Below are positions 32,312 through 41,745 of a DNA stretch of 64,000 nucleotides, one piece after another; positions within the stretch are counted from its first letter, which is position 1, and every line of letters starts with the position of its first letter. The notes beneath the pieces are model-generated. The model was not told the DNA's origin, searched no databases, and saw only the letters and a list, made by a program, of their open reading frames with translations. Where the stretch lies: the NCBI GenBank assembly GCA_963829055.1, contig CAWHHI010000005.1, forward strand, positions 64,001 to 128,000, in the 5' to 3' direction. Made by a program: the position numbers and the translations under genes. The DNA is from an uncultured Gemmatimonadaceae bacterium. Lineage in GTDB: Bacteria > Gemmatimonadota > Gemmatimonadetes > Gemmatimonadales > Gemmatimonadaceae.

Positions 32312-32356
32312 CACAGTTGAATCATCGCAATGGCGATTGCGAATGGCACAGTTGAA
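32312..32356. promoter_or_regulatory. Candidate operator in the divergent OCD-chrBA / DUF1259 promoter region
   Basis: Direct repeats cacagttgaa (32312-32321, 32347-32356) flank the palindrome tcgcaat-ggcg-attgcga. Confidence 0.45.
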
Positions 32357-32406
32357 GCATCCGTTGTAGGGTGTCAGCCCCCTTCCCGAACCCACGAGCC
32401 GACAAG

Positions 32407-33372
32407 ATGACGAGCTCACCAATGACATTCCGCGCCGGAATCGCGGTCGTCGCGACCATCGTCGCCTGCAAGCCAGCAACCGATCGCCTGACGCGCGATT
32501 CGGCGTCCGGTGAAGTCGCGACAGCCGCAACACAAACGCAGACCGTCGACTGGAAGGCGGTCGACGCCGCCATGGGACGCGCCGCGGTCGTTCAACCCGG
32601 CGACGTGCACCGCTTCAACTTTCCGCGGAGCGACATGCACGTGACCGCCGCAGGCGTCGAGATCAAACCATCATTCGCGCTCGGCGGCTGGATCGCGATG
32701 AAGGCAGCGGCCGGTGGGGTCGTGGCGATGGGTGATCTCGTCCTCGCGGAAAATGAGCTGACACCGGTCATCACGAAGCTCCAGGCCGCCGGCATCGAGC
32801 AGACCGCGATCCACCATCACCTGATTCGTGAGTCGCCGCGGGTGCTGTACGTCCACGTGCACGGCCATGGCGATCCGGTGAAGCTGGCCGAGTCCATTCG
32901 CGGTGCGTTGTCGGTGACGAAGGTGCCGCCGGCTGCTCCGGCCGCGGCGACGCCGGCGACAGCGGCTAGCTTCGCGCTCGACACCGTCGCGCTTGCGAAG
33001 ACGCTCGGGTACACGGGGCGCGTCGCGGGCGGCGTGTATCAGGTGAGCGTCCCACGCGCCGAGACCATCCACGACGGAGACTTCGAAGTTCCTCCGTCCA
33101 TGGGGCTCGGGACCGCCATCAACTTCCAGCCGACAGGCGGTGGGAAGGCCGCGATCACCGGAGACTTCGTGATGGTGAGCAGCGAAGTGAATCCCGTGAT
33201 CCGCGCGCTGCGCGATGGCGGCATCGAGGTGGTGTCGTTGCACAGTCATTTGCTCGACGAACAGCCGCGGCTGTTCTTCATGCACTTCTGGGCGAACGAC
33301 GATGCGACGAAGCTGGCGCGTGGCCTTCGCGCCGCGCTGGACAAGACGAACTCGAAGCGGCCGACGCCCTAG
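32407..33372 (+). CDS. DUF1259 (LppY/LpqO-like) lipoprotein with two repeated domains
   Basis: IVAC lipobox; MGDLVL..TAIHHHL and ITGDFVM..VSLHSHLLDEQPRLFFMHFWA. Confidence 0.85.
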   Translation: MTSSPMTFRAGIAVVATIVACKPATDRLTRDSASGEVATAATQTQTVDWKAVDAAMGRAAVVQPGDVHRFNFPRSDMHVTAAGVEIKPSFALGGWIAMKAAAGGVVAMGDLVLAENELTPVITKLQAAGIEQTAIHHHLIRESPRVLYVHVHGHGDPVKLAESIRGALSVTKVPPAAPAAATPATAASFALDTVALAKTLGYTGRVAGGVYQVSVPRAETIHDGDFEVPPSMGLGTAINFQPTGGGKAAITGDFVMVSSEVNPVIRALRDGGIEVVSLHSHLLDEQPRLFFMHFWANDDATKLARGLRAALDKTNSKRPTP

Positions 33373-33385
33373 TGGACTATGAGTT

Positions 33386-33443
33386 AGATGTTGAGAGCAG
33401 GCGAGGCAGGCCGTATTGCCAGAATCGCCTGCTCTCAACATCT
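33386..33443. terminator. 19-bp perfect-stem hairpin after the DUF1259 gene; short member of the 12884-13009 family
   Basis: agatgttgagagcaggcga / tcgcctgctctcaacatct. Confidence 0.75.
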
Positions 33444-33548
33444 CACGCCTGCTGCACGCGCATCGCCGTTACGCGCTCGATACCGTTCGGTCGCGTCCGC
33501 CTGACGTGGCGCATCGATTCTCCCCTCATCTCAAGGTGAGGTTGAATC

Positions 33549-33836
33549 ATGCTGTCAGCCCGAACGCCAACGCTCTTCCGCCCGCGGACGCCCTCGCGCG
33601 TCGTCCGGCACCGCCACGTAAGCCGCGAGCCGCTCGGCTGCATCGTCGTGCGTCGCATCACGGATGACGCGGGCCGAGCGTGGCGGGTCCGCGAGTTCCG
33701 GTCGACGAGTGGTCTCGGCCTGTTCTTCCGCTGCGACGTCCCGGGCGTGCGGGCCGAGACGCGCGCTGCGGTCGCGCCGCTGGAGTCGTTGGACGAGGAG
33801 CGACTGATCGAGCTGCTGCAGGCCGGCGGCGAGTAA
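33549..33836 (+). CDS. Small hypothetical protein
   Basis: RRITDDAGRAWRVREF...GLFFRC...LESLDEERLIELLQ; plausible RBS gaggt; start uncertain. Confidence 0.55.
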   Translation: MLSARTPTLFRPRTPSRVVRHRHVSREPLGCIVVRRITDDAGRAWRVREFRSTSGLGLFFRCDVPGVRAETRAAVAPLESLDEERLIELLQAGGE

Positions 33837-33884
33837 CACCCAGCATCCCCGCGGCGCCCGGTCTTCGCGTAGAATGCGAGGACC

Positions 33885-34904
33885 ATGGATACACACCGAA
33901 CACACACGTCGAAGGTTCTGAGCAGGGCGTCGGCCGTCATCACCTGGACGCTCGCCACGTGCGCGCTCGTCGCCTGTAGCTCCGGCGATCGTACGAACGG
34001 CGGCGACTCTGGAAGTGCCGCGGCGTCTCGCGCCAACGATTCGTTAGGCGGTGAGCGCACGCTCGTCGTCTTCAACGCCGGGAGTCTCGCGCTGCCGCTG
34101 CGCGCGGCGCTCGACAGCTTCGCCGCCCGCGAGCACGTGACGGTCCAGCAGGAGAACGCCGGCAGCATCGAGACGGCGCGCAAGCTGACCGAGCTGGGGA
34201 AGATCCCTGATCTCGTCGCCGTCGCCGACTTCGAGGTGATTCCGCTCCTGCTCGTGCCCGAGCACGCGACGTGGTACGCGAAGTTCGCGCACAACCGCAT
34301 GGTGCTCGCGTACGGCGACCGCTCGCGCGGCGCGGCGGAGATCAACACCGGGAACTGGTGGCAGGTGGTGACGCGGCCGGGCGTGCAGGTGGGCCGAGCG
34401 GATCCGAGTCTCGACCCTAACGGCTATCGCACGTTGCTCGTCTGGCAGTTGGCGGAGCGCTTCTACAAGCAGCCGGGCCTCGCGCAACGTCTGCTCGCGA
34501 CGGCGCCGCCGCGCAACGTCAGGCCCAAGGAGGCGGACCTCGTCGGGCTGCTGCAGGCGGGCGAGTTCGACTACATCTGGTCATACGAGTCGATCGCGCA
34601 GGGCATCGGGCTCAAATACGTGACGCTGCCGAAAGAGATCGACCTGAGCGCGGCGAGCGACTCGGCGGCGTATGCGGTGGCGTCGACGCGCGTCGCCGGC
34701 AAGACGCCGCGCGACTCGGTGACGATGCGCGGCCAGCCGATCGTCTACGCGTTCACGGTACCCACGCGCGCGCCGCACGCGGCGCTGGCGGCGAAGTTCG
34801 CGGCGTACCTCGCGTCGGAGGATGGCCGGCGGGTGCTGCGTGGCGCGAAGCTCGACGTGCTGGATCGGTATATCGTGGTGGGGACGGGAGCGCCGACGTT
34901 ATAG
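33885..34904 (+). CDS. Molybdate/tungstate-binding lipoprotein (WtpA/ModA-like)
   Basis: LVAC lipobox; VFNAGSL, AGSIETARK, AVADFEVI, DPSLDPNGYR, YIWSYES. Confidence 0.8.
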   Translation: MDTHRTHTSKVLSRASAVITWTLATCALVACSSGDRTNGGDSGSAAASRANDSLGGERTLVVFNAGSLALPLRAALDSFAAREHVTVQQENAGSIETARKLTELGKIPDLVAVADFEVIPLLLVPEHATWYAKFAHNRMVLAYGDRSRGAAEINTGNWWQVVTRPGVQVGRADPSLDPNGYRTLLVWQLAERFYKQPGLAQRLLATAPPRNVRPKEADLVGLLQAGEFDYIWSYESIAQGIGLKYVTLPKEIDLSAASDSAAYAVASTRVAGKTPRDSVTMRGQPIVYAFTVPTRAPHAALAAKFAAYLASEDGRRVLRGAKLDVLDRYIVVGTGAPTL

Positions 34905-34908
34905 GCCG

Positions 34909-35111
34909 GAGGAAGGAGGCCAGCGAGGCTAGGAAGGAGGCCGTAGGAAGGAGGAGTAAAAGCACTGTCATCCCGAGGAGCGCCAGCGACGAGGGACCTT
35001 CTGTCATGGCATCGTAGCCAGGCCGGCCACCATGACGTTCGAGAGGTCCCTCGCTGGCGCTCGGGATGACAATGCTCCCCAGGCCTCCTCCTCCTCCTCC
35101 TTCCTCCTTCC
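34909..35111. repeat. REP-like doublet TGTCATCCCGAG...CTCGGGATGACA (34966-35071) with inverted AGGAAGG/CCTTCCT arms, between convergent genes
   Basis: tgtcatcccgag..cgccagcgacgagggacct / aggtccctcgctggcgctcgggatgaca. Confidence 0.85.
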
Positions 35112-35945
35112 TCATTCGAGCGCCGCGATGAGCTGGAACATCGGATTGTCCGGCGTGATCGCATAGCCATCCTCCACGCCCCAGACCAACGACAGCACCG
35201 CCTGCGCGAAAGCCCAGCGCGTGATCCGCTCACGGTCGAGCGATAGGCGCGACGAGAACACCCGCACTCGTCTTTCTATAGTCGCCGAGTCCGTGAAGAC
35301 CTCCGGCCGTTCGGCCGGATTGCGGAGTGAGGCGCCGAGCTCGTACTCGAGCTCACCGATCACGCCCTTGGGGTCGATCGCGACCCATCCGCGCTCGCGG
35401 TCGCGCAAGATGTTGTAGTGCTGAAGGTCGCCGTGCAGGAGCCGAGTGGGGCCTTGTGACTCGCAGAGATCGTCGTAGACGCGAGCGGCACGTCTGACGA
35501 GGGCTTCAGGAATCTGCGTGTCGCCAGTGGCCAGGTAGCGTGTGAACGCGCGACCCCAATCGGCCACGGTCGGACAGACCGCCGGAGGATTGCCCGGCGA
35601 CATGGACGCGATCACGTCCGCCAGGATGTTCGTGGCTTGGTCATCATCGCCCGTGCAGGCGAGCTCCGCGAGCGACGTTCCCGGCTCGAGTCGCTCGAGC
35701 AGCATGGCGCCATCCACGTGCTCGTACACGCGGACCACACCGCGACCCGCGAACGCGTCCAGCACCTCGCCCGAGCGCCACTCGTCGCCGCGCTGCTTCA
35801 CGACTTTGAGCACGACGGGCCGGTCGTCACGCCGACCGTAGCTGATCACGGAGCTCGGCGTCTCGAACGACTCGTCGACGATCACGCGCCAGTCACGCGC
35901 CAGCTCGGCGCCGCGGTCACTCGGATTGGGCATACTGGCCGTCAT
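35112..35945 (-). CDS. APH(6)-like aminoglycoside/hydroxyurea-resistance kinase family protein
   Basis: VVLKV, AMLLERLEPG, LLHGDLQHYNIL, WVAIDPKG. Confidence 0.85.
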   Translation of the reverse strand: MTASMPNPSDRGAELARDWRVIVDESFETPSSVISYGRRDDRPVVLKVVKQRGDEWRSGEVLDAFAGRGVVRVYEHVDGAMLLERLEPGTSLAELACTGDDDQATNILADVIASMSPGNPPAVCPTVADWGRAFTRYLATGDTQIPEALVRRAARVYDDLCESQGPTRLLHGDLQHYNILRDRERGWVAIDPKGVIGELEYELGASLRNPAERPEVFTDSATIERRVRVFSSRLSLDRERITRWAFAQAVLSLVWGVEDGYAITPDNPMFQLIAALE

Positions 35946-35970
35946 CGCTCGCTGGAATTGGGTCAGGACC

Positions 35971-36069
35971 GGGACTGGGGACTGGGAGTGGGGACAAGGA
36001 ACTGCTGCTTCTGTTCCCGGTCCCGAGTCCCCAGTCCCGAGTCCCCAGTCCCCAGACCCCAGTCCCCAG
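35971..36069. repeat. Inverted 7-mer tandem arms (GGGGACT)n / (AGTCCCC)n
   Basis: gggactggggactgggagtggggac ... gtcccgagtccccagtcccgagtccccagtccccagaccccagtccccag. Confidence 0.8.
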
Positions 36070-36175
36070 CGTTGTCGATCTCGCCAGGTGCTGTTCGACG
36101 TCCATGTAGAGGTCAGCAGCGCCGGTCGAATCCCGGCCGCATCAATATCGAAGTCACCTGCCCGGAGGCACGACG

Positions 36176-36589
36176 ATGAGCACCATAGCTATCTCCACCG
36201 GCCGCACGAAGCTCAGCATCTCCCGCGTCACCGTCGGGCGGGTCATCTCGGGTTTCGCCGTCCTGTTCCTCGTCTTCGACACGGTCATCAAGTTCACGCA
36301 CCACCCCTCCGTCGCGGAGTCCATGACGCAGCTCGGCTACCCCGTGTCGAGGGCGTTGGCGCTCGGCGTTATCGAGTTGCTCTGCCTCGCAGTCTACCTC
36401 GTCCCCCGCACGTCGGTCCTTGGTGCCGTCATCCTGACGGGCTACCTTGGCGGCGCGATCGCGTCCCACGTCCGCGTCGGCAATCCGCTCTTCAGCCACG
36501 TGTTGTTCCCGATCTACATCGCGGCCATGCTCTGGGGAGGACTCTACCTCCGCGACGCGCGCGTGCGCTCGATCATCTCGGCGCGCTGA
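36176..36589 (+). CDS. DoxX family membrane protein
   Basis: LGYP, LYLVPRTSVLGAVILTGYLGGAIASHVRVG-like segment, WGGLYLRD. Confidence 0.88.
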   Translation: MSTIAISTGRTKLSISRVTVGRVISGFAVLFLVFDTVIKFTHHPSVAESMTQLGYPVSRALALGVIELLCLAVYLVPRTSVLGAVILTGYLGGAIASHVRVGNPLFSHVLFPIYIAAMLWGGLYLRDARVRSIISAR

Positions 36590-36626
36590 ACTGACACACC
36601 ACGCGAACACCACTCAAGGAGACGCG

Positions 36627-37109
36627 ATGGCACCGGCGAAGAAGAAGGCGTCGTCCACGACCCCGACGTTCCGCGCGACCATCAAGGCCAGCGGCAAGAC
36701 CGCCACCGGAATCCAGGTGCCGGCGGCGGCAGTCGAGCAACTCGGGTCGAGCAAGCGGCCGGCGGTGAGAGCGACGATCAACGGGTACACGTATCGCACG
36801 AGCGTCGCGTCGATGGGTGGCGTCTTCATGCTCCCGGTCAGCGCCGAGGTTCGCGAACGTGCGGGAGTCGCTGCCGGCGACTCGGTGGACGTTCATCTCG
36901 AGCTCGACACGGAGCCGCGCGAGGTCACGGTGCCGCCGGACTTCGCCACCGCGCTCGCTGGCAACGCACCGGCGAAGCGCTTCTTCGATGGCCTGTCCTA
37001 CAGCAACCAACGCCGCTTCGTGCTCTCCATCGACGGCGCGAAGACTGACGAGACTCGGCAGCGCCGGATCGAGAAGTCGATCGCCATGCTGCAGGGCGGG
37101 AAGGTGTAG
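36627..37109 (+). CDS. DUF1905 + YdeI/OmpD-associated domain protein
   Basis: aaggag RBS; TGIQVP, VRATINGYTYRTS, VTVPPDFATAL, FFDGLSYSNQR, AKTDETRQRRIEK. Confidence 0.88.
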   Translation: MAPAKKKASSTTPTFRATIKASGKTATGIQVPAAAVEQLGSSKRPAVRATINGYTYRTSVASMGGVFMLPVSAEVRERAGVAAGDSVDVHLELDTEPREVTVPPDFATALAGNAPAKRFFDGLSYSNQRRFVLSIDGAKTDETRQRRIEKSIAMLQGGKV

Positions 37110-37121
37110 TACCTTGCCCCG

Positions 37122-37246
37122 TGTCATCCCGAGCGGCAGCGAGGGATCTTCCGTGAAGTATTCGTAGCCTTCGCTGGCTACGATGCCATCACAGAAGATC
37201 CCTCGCTGTCGCTCGGGATGACAATCGCTGCCGCTCGGGATGACAA
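37122..37246. repeat. REP-like doublet with a duplicated right end, between convergent genes
   Basis: tgtcatcccgagcggcagcgagggatctt...aagatccctcgctgtcgctcgggatgaca then cgctgccgctcgggatgaca. Confidence 0.88.
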
Positions 37247-37253
37247 TACGTTC

Positions 37254-37661
37254 TCAGTGCGCCGCCGCGTTAGGCGCGGCGGTCGCGACCTCCAGCTGGC
37301 TCGAGCCCGGCTGGTAATACGTGAGCGGCCGAACCTCGAACGCGCCACCCGGATTCGCCTGTCCCAGATCCTTCGCGACCTGCATCGCGTCCTCGTCCGT
37401 GTCGCAGTCGATCACGTAGAAGCCGAGGATCTGCTCCTTCGTCTCGGCGTACGGACCGTCGGTCACCAGGAACGGCTCGCGGTCCTTGTGGAGCGTCCGC
37501 GCGCTGGACGTCTGCCCGAGCCGAGCGACGGCGCCGAGCTTGCCGCGCTTCGCGAGCTTGTCCTGCACGGCGATGAGCTTCGTCATCACGTCGGCATCGT
37601 GCTCCCTGGTCCAGGAGCCGACCGTCTTCTCGCAGTTGTAGCAGAGGATGGTGTAGAGCAT
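37254..37661 (-). CDS. YCII-related (DGPF-type) protein
   Basis: MLYTILCY...VTDGPYAETKEQILGFYVIDC...FEVRP. Confidence 0.88.
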   Translation of the reverse strand: MLYTILCYNCEKTVGSWTREHDADVMTKLIAVQDKLAKRGKLGAVARLGQTSSARTLHKDREPFLVTDGPYAETKEQILGFYVIDCDTDEDAMQVAKDLGQANPGGAFEVRPLTYYQPGSSQLEVATAAPNAAAH

Positions 37662-37975
37662 TGGAGTTGGTTCGACGTCGGTGAAAGACAAGGCGGGCAC
37701 GAGCGCGCTGGCATGCGCGACGAGCCGTACTCGAAGATGACCTCGGTGCCGCGGTCCAGCCAGTGCAATCCGTGCCGGGACCACGCGTTAGGGCTCCCGA
37801 ACACGCTGGATCGAGAAATGCCCGCCGAGCTCGACAAACGCGAGGCGCAGGGCCGCGCCGCGAGCAGCAAGGGCGGCGGCGCGAAAGCCCGGTCGACGCC
37901 ATGCACGTCGACGCGCCCAAAAAGCAGGACAACACCCGGGGTCCTAAACAGCGCAAGCGCGCGTAGTCGGCTGAG

Positions 37976-38169
37976 GGCAGCATGCTGCGTCCACCGGAGC
38001 TTGCTGCTTGTAGGTCGCATCGGCGGCTCGCAGCGTGCTGCGACCAGCGGCTGCGTGAAGCGTGGGCTGCGTGCGACACGCAGCTCCACGTAGCACGTGG
38101 CCGCTGTTGGTAGCACACAGCAAGTGGCCGATGCGACGTGCAAGCAGCACCGTGCTCCAGCATGCTGCC
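37976..38169. repeat. About 190-bp imperfect foldback in a divergent intergenic region
   Basis: ggcagcatgctg / cagcatgctgcc outer; tgctgcttgtaggtcgcatcggc / gccgatgcgacgtgcaagcagca inner. Confidence 0.7.
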
Positions 38170-38257
38170 TCTTCCTGTTCAAACCCTCGTGAGGCATAGA
38201 TTGTCTATCCCCTAGCCACCCTCGTCAGGCCGCCCGCCCTCACTCGGTACCGCCGCC

Positions 38258-40921
38258 ATGCGCGAACTGTTCGCCCGCCTGTTCGACTGGCTACGGCGAG
38301 ATCGACTCGACGCCGAGCTGACCGAGGAGCTCTCCTTCCACCGTCGCCAGCTCGAGCGCGACATTCCGGGTGACGCCACCGTCGCGCGACGACGCATGGG
38401 CAACGTGACACGCGTGCGCGAGGAAGCGCGCGACCGATGGTCCGTCCCATGGTTCGACCATCTTCAGCAGGACGTCCGCTACGCGTTCCGCGGGCTCCGC
38501 CGCTCACCCGGCTTCACCGCCGCCGTCGTCATCACGCTCGGACTCGGCATCGGCGCGAACGCGGCGATGTTCAACGTGATCGACCAGCTGATGTTCCGAC
38601 CGTTCGCGTACCTGCGCGATCCGGACCATGTCCAGCGCGTGTACCTCCGGACTCCGGGACGAGACCGTCTACTCACGTCCGAGTCGTTCCCGTACTCGCG
38701 TTATCTCGACCTCAGAAAATGGACGACGTCGTTCTCGCAGTACGCGGCGTTCTACCCGACGATGGTCGCGGTGGGCACGGGAACCGCGTCGCGCGAGCGG
38801 CCGATCGCCGCCGTCACGGCGAGCTACTTCGACTTCTTCGACGCGCGCCCGGCGCTCGGTCGCTACTTCGTCGCGTCCGAAGACACGACGCCAGCCGGCG
38901 CCAGTGTCGCGGTGCTGAGCCACGCGTTCTGGCAGACCGAGTTCGGCGGCCGCAACGTGATCGGCCAGCCCATTCAGATCGACAACATCGTATGCACGAT
39001 CATCGGCGTCGCACCCAAGGGTTTCACGGGCGTCGCGGAGCGTAGCGCCCCCGACGTCTTTCTTCCCATGACGACCTTCGGCGCGCATCAGCCGGGCAAC
39101 TCATCAGTGCGGTACTGGGTGAACTACACCTGGGACTGGGCCGAGATGATCGTGCGTCTCAAGCCTAACGTGACGCATGCCCGAGCGAACGCCGATCTCA
39201 CACAGGCGTACGTCAAGAGCCGAGACGCCGCGCGTCGTATTCATGCGTTCCTGCCGCGGACCGACGTGCAGCCACCCGTCGCCGTCGCCGGTGCGCTCAA
39301 GACCGCCGCCGGTCCGTACCCGGGCCTCGAGGCGCGCACGCTCGTGTGGGTAACCGGCGTCGCCGCCATCGTGCTGCTCATCGCCTGCGCAAACGTCGCG
39401 AACCTGTTCCTGTCTCGCGCGCTGCGCCGCCGCCGTGAGATCGCGCTTCGTCTCGCACTCGGCGTCACGCGACAGCGGCTCGTATCCCAGTCCCTGACCG
39501 AGAGCCTCGTGCTGTCGTTCATCGGCTGCGCTGTCGGCATCGCGGTCGCGCAGTGGGGCGGATTGGTGCTGCGACGCCTCGTCCTCCCGACCGATGCGAC
39601 CATCGACGTGGTGACAGACTGGCGCACGTTAGGCGTCGCGGTGGCGGCGGCGCTGATCGCCGGCGTGCTGACGGGCATCGCACCCGTACTCCTCGCCGAG
39701 CATGGCGATATCATCAAGGCGCTCAAGGCCGGCGTGCGGGAGGGCACGCACCAACGGTCACGCGCTCGATCGTCGCTGCTCGTCGTGCAGGTCGTGCTCT
39801 CGGTGCTGCTCCTCGTGGGCGCCGGACTGTTCGTGCGCAGTCTGAACCACGTGAGCCGAGTCCACCTCGGTTACGACGCGAACCCGGTGCTGCTCGCGCG
39901 GTGGAACCGGCGCGGCGAGCAGGTGTCGACGAGCGAGCGCGTGACCATCCGCCGCCGTGTCCTCGACGCCGCGCGGGCGATTCCCGGCGTCGAGCGCGCG
40001 GCGTGGGCGAGCAACGTCCCTATCCAGGGGACGTCGACCATGTCGTTGTTCGTGCCCGGCATCGATTCGGTCGCCCGCCTCGGTCGTTTCACGTACCAGA
40101 CGGCGAGCACCGAGTACTTCGAGACGATCGGCACGCGGATCGTTCGCGGCCGGTCGTTCACGTCGGCGGACGCGGTCGGTGCGCCGAACGTGGCGGTGGT
40201 GAGCGAGGCCATGGCTCGCGTGCTGTGGCCCAACCAGGACGCGTTAGGCCAGTGCATGCGTCTCGGTGCCGACTCGATGCCGTGCACGCGCGTGGTGGGA
40301 GTGGCGGAGGACGCGGTGCACGATCCGGTGAAAGACCAGCCGCTGCGCTACTATCTACCGCTCGACCAGGTCCCCTCGGAGGGTAGCTCGTTGCTCGTGC
40401 TGCGGATGGCCGGCCAACCAGCCGCGCTGGCCGAGAACGTGCGCCGCGCGCTTCAAGCGGTCATGCCCGGGCAGCAGTACATCACCGTGCAGCCGCTCGC
40501 GGACCTGCTCGACGATCAGCGGCGATCGTGGCGACTCGGCGCGACGATGTTCGTCGCGTTCGGCGTGCTCGCGCTCATCGTGGCGGCGGTGGGACTGTAT
40601 GGCGTCATCGCGTACAACGTCGGGCAGCGGATGCACGAGCTTGGGGTGCGCCGAGCGCTCGGCGCGCAGGCGGGAGACGTCGTGCGTCTGGTGATGGGCC
40701 AGGGTGTGCGGCTCGCCGTGTTAGGCATTGCCGTCGGCGGGCTGATGGCGCTCGCGGTCGCGCGGTTCGTCGAGCCGTTGCTCTTCCGGCAATCGGCGAC
40801 GGACCCGGCGGTGTTCTTCGTCGTCGGCGCGCTGTTGCTCGCGGTCGCCATCGTCGCGTGCGCGGTGCCGGCGGCGAAGGCGATGCACGCCGATCCGAAT
40901 ACGGTGCTACGGGCTGACTAG
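38258..40921 (+). CDS. ADOP-type duplicated MacB/FtsX ABC permease
   Basis: QDVRYAFRGLRRSPGF, TLGLGIGANAAMF, LLIACANVANL, EIALRLALG, GLYGVIAY, ELGVRRALGA, DPNTVLRAD. Confidence 0.92.
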   Translation: MRELFARLFDWLRRDRLDAELTEELSFHRRQLERDIPGDATVARRRMGNVTRVREEARDRWSVPWFDHLQQDVRYAFRGLRRSPGFTAAVVITLGLGIGANAAMFNVIDQLMFRPFAYLRDPDHVQRVYLRTPGRDRLLTSESFPYSRYLDLRKWTTSFSQYAAFYPTMVAVGTGTASRERPIAAVTASYFDFFDARPALGRYFVASEDTTPAGASVAVLSHAFWQTEFGGRNVIGQPIQIDNIVCTIIGVAPKGFTGVAERSAPDVFLPMTTFGAHQPGNSSVRYWVNYTWDWAEMIVRLKPNVTHARANADLTQAYVKSRDAARRIHAFLPRTDVQPPVAVAGALKTAAGPYPGLEARTLVWVTGVAAIVLLIACANVANLFLSRALRRRREIALRLALGVTRQRLVSQSLTESLVLSFIGCAVGIAVAQWGGLVLRRLVLPTDATIDVVTDWRTLGVAVAAALIAGVLTGIAPVLLAEHGDIIKALKAGVREGTHQRSRARSSLLVVQVVLSVLLLVGAGLFVRSLNHVSRVHLGYDANPVLLARWNRRGEQVSTSERVTIRRRVLDAARAIPGVERAAWASNVPIQGTSTMSLFVPGIDSVARLGRFTYQTASTEYFETIGTRIVRGRSFTSADAVGAPNVAVVSEAMARVLWPNQDALGQCMRLGADSMPCTRVVGVAEDAVHDPVKDQPLRYYLPLDQVPSEGSSLLVLRMAGQPAALAENVRRALQAVMPGQQYITVQPLADLLDDQRRSWRLGATMFVAFGVLALIVAAVGLYGVIAYNVGQRMHELGVRRALGAQAGDVVRLVMGQGVRLAVLGIAVGGLMALAVARFVEPLLFRQSATDPAVFFVVGALLLAVAIVACAVPAAKAMHADPNTVLRAD

Positions 40922-40936
40922 GTGAAAATGCCAGAC

Positions 40937-41494
40937 TCATCGTCGGTCTGCGGGTCTGACCCATCGCGCAGAGCCAGCCGTGCTGTCGATCATGCGCTCG
41001 AACCGGCGGAGCTGCTCGATGATGTTCACCACCGAATGATCCGATCGCGCGAAGCAGCCATGGTAGTCCTCGACACGCTTCGCCCCGGCCTTGCGGAAGA
41101 GCGTCACGGTTGCGGTGGGGTGATCGGTCGCTTCGTCCGGGCAGAATCGCTTGTCGCTCGCGATGACGTCGGGCAGCGTGTCGAATCCGAGCGTGCTTGC
41201 TTGCGCGACGAGACGCTGCACGACCGCTGGCGTTAGGCGGTCGGTGGCGGTACGGCCGCTATCGCCAGGGTTCCGGGACTCGAACGCCACATCGCCCAAT
41301 GCGGCCACCCGCAGACGGTATGCCGGGCACGTGCCGTAGCAGCGCGTGCGCTCGAGTACGATGCTGTCCACGCCGGTCACGCTCGCCGAGTGCTCCTCGT
41401 GGGGCGGCTGGTGACAGGATGACAGCGCGTGGATCGCGAGGACCAGTCCGACGCGAGCTGTCGGGCGAGGGTGACGACAGATGATGGGATCCAT
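40937..41494 (-). CDS. DUF6438-like lipoprotein
   Basis: LSSC lipobox; IVLERTRCYGTCPAYRL, TDHPTATV, KRVEDYHG; start uncertain. Confidence 0.7.
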   Translation of the reverse strand: MDPIICRHPRPTARVGLVLAIHALSSCHQPPHEEHSASVTGVDSIVLERTRCYGTCPAYRLRVAALGDVAFESRNPGDSGRTATDRLTPAVVQRLVAQASTLGFDTLPDVIASDKRFCPDEATDHPTATVTLFRKAGAKRVEDYHGCFARSDHSVVNIIEQLRRFERMIDSTAGSARWVRPADRR

Positions 41495-41570
41495 GCGGCG
41501 CTTACCTGCACACGGTGGCTTATTCAATACGTTGGACAACTGCGTCTACGACAACGGCGGGAACTGCATG

Positions 41571-41663
41571 ACAGGATGGCCAGGATGGACAGGATTGGCG
41601 GGATGGCGGCAACTGCAACGGCAACCGCATGACAGGATTGGCAGGATGGACAGGATTGAACAG
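41571..41663. repeat. 9-mer tandem array (ACAGGATKG)n in two blocks
   Basis: acaggatggccaggatggacaggattggcgggatgg ... acaggattggcaggatggacaggattgaacag, separated by aactgcaacggcaaccgc. Confidence 0.75.
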
Positions 41664-41745
41664 AGGCTCCGTGTCGCGCCCAACCCCCCTCCCGCAACGA
41701 GCCCAGTATGGGGGGAACGGCCGCTCGGGACGCCACTCTCCCACT

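Noticed and set aside
35112..35945. Acquired streptomycin-resistance gene strB
   Set aside because: Only family-level APH(6)-like motifs; host-like GC, no strA or mobile context; substrate unknown.
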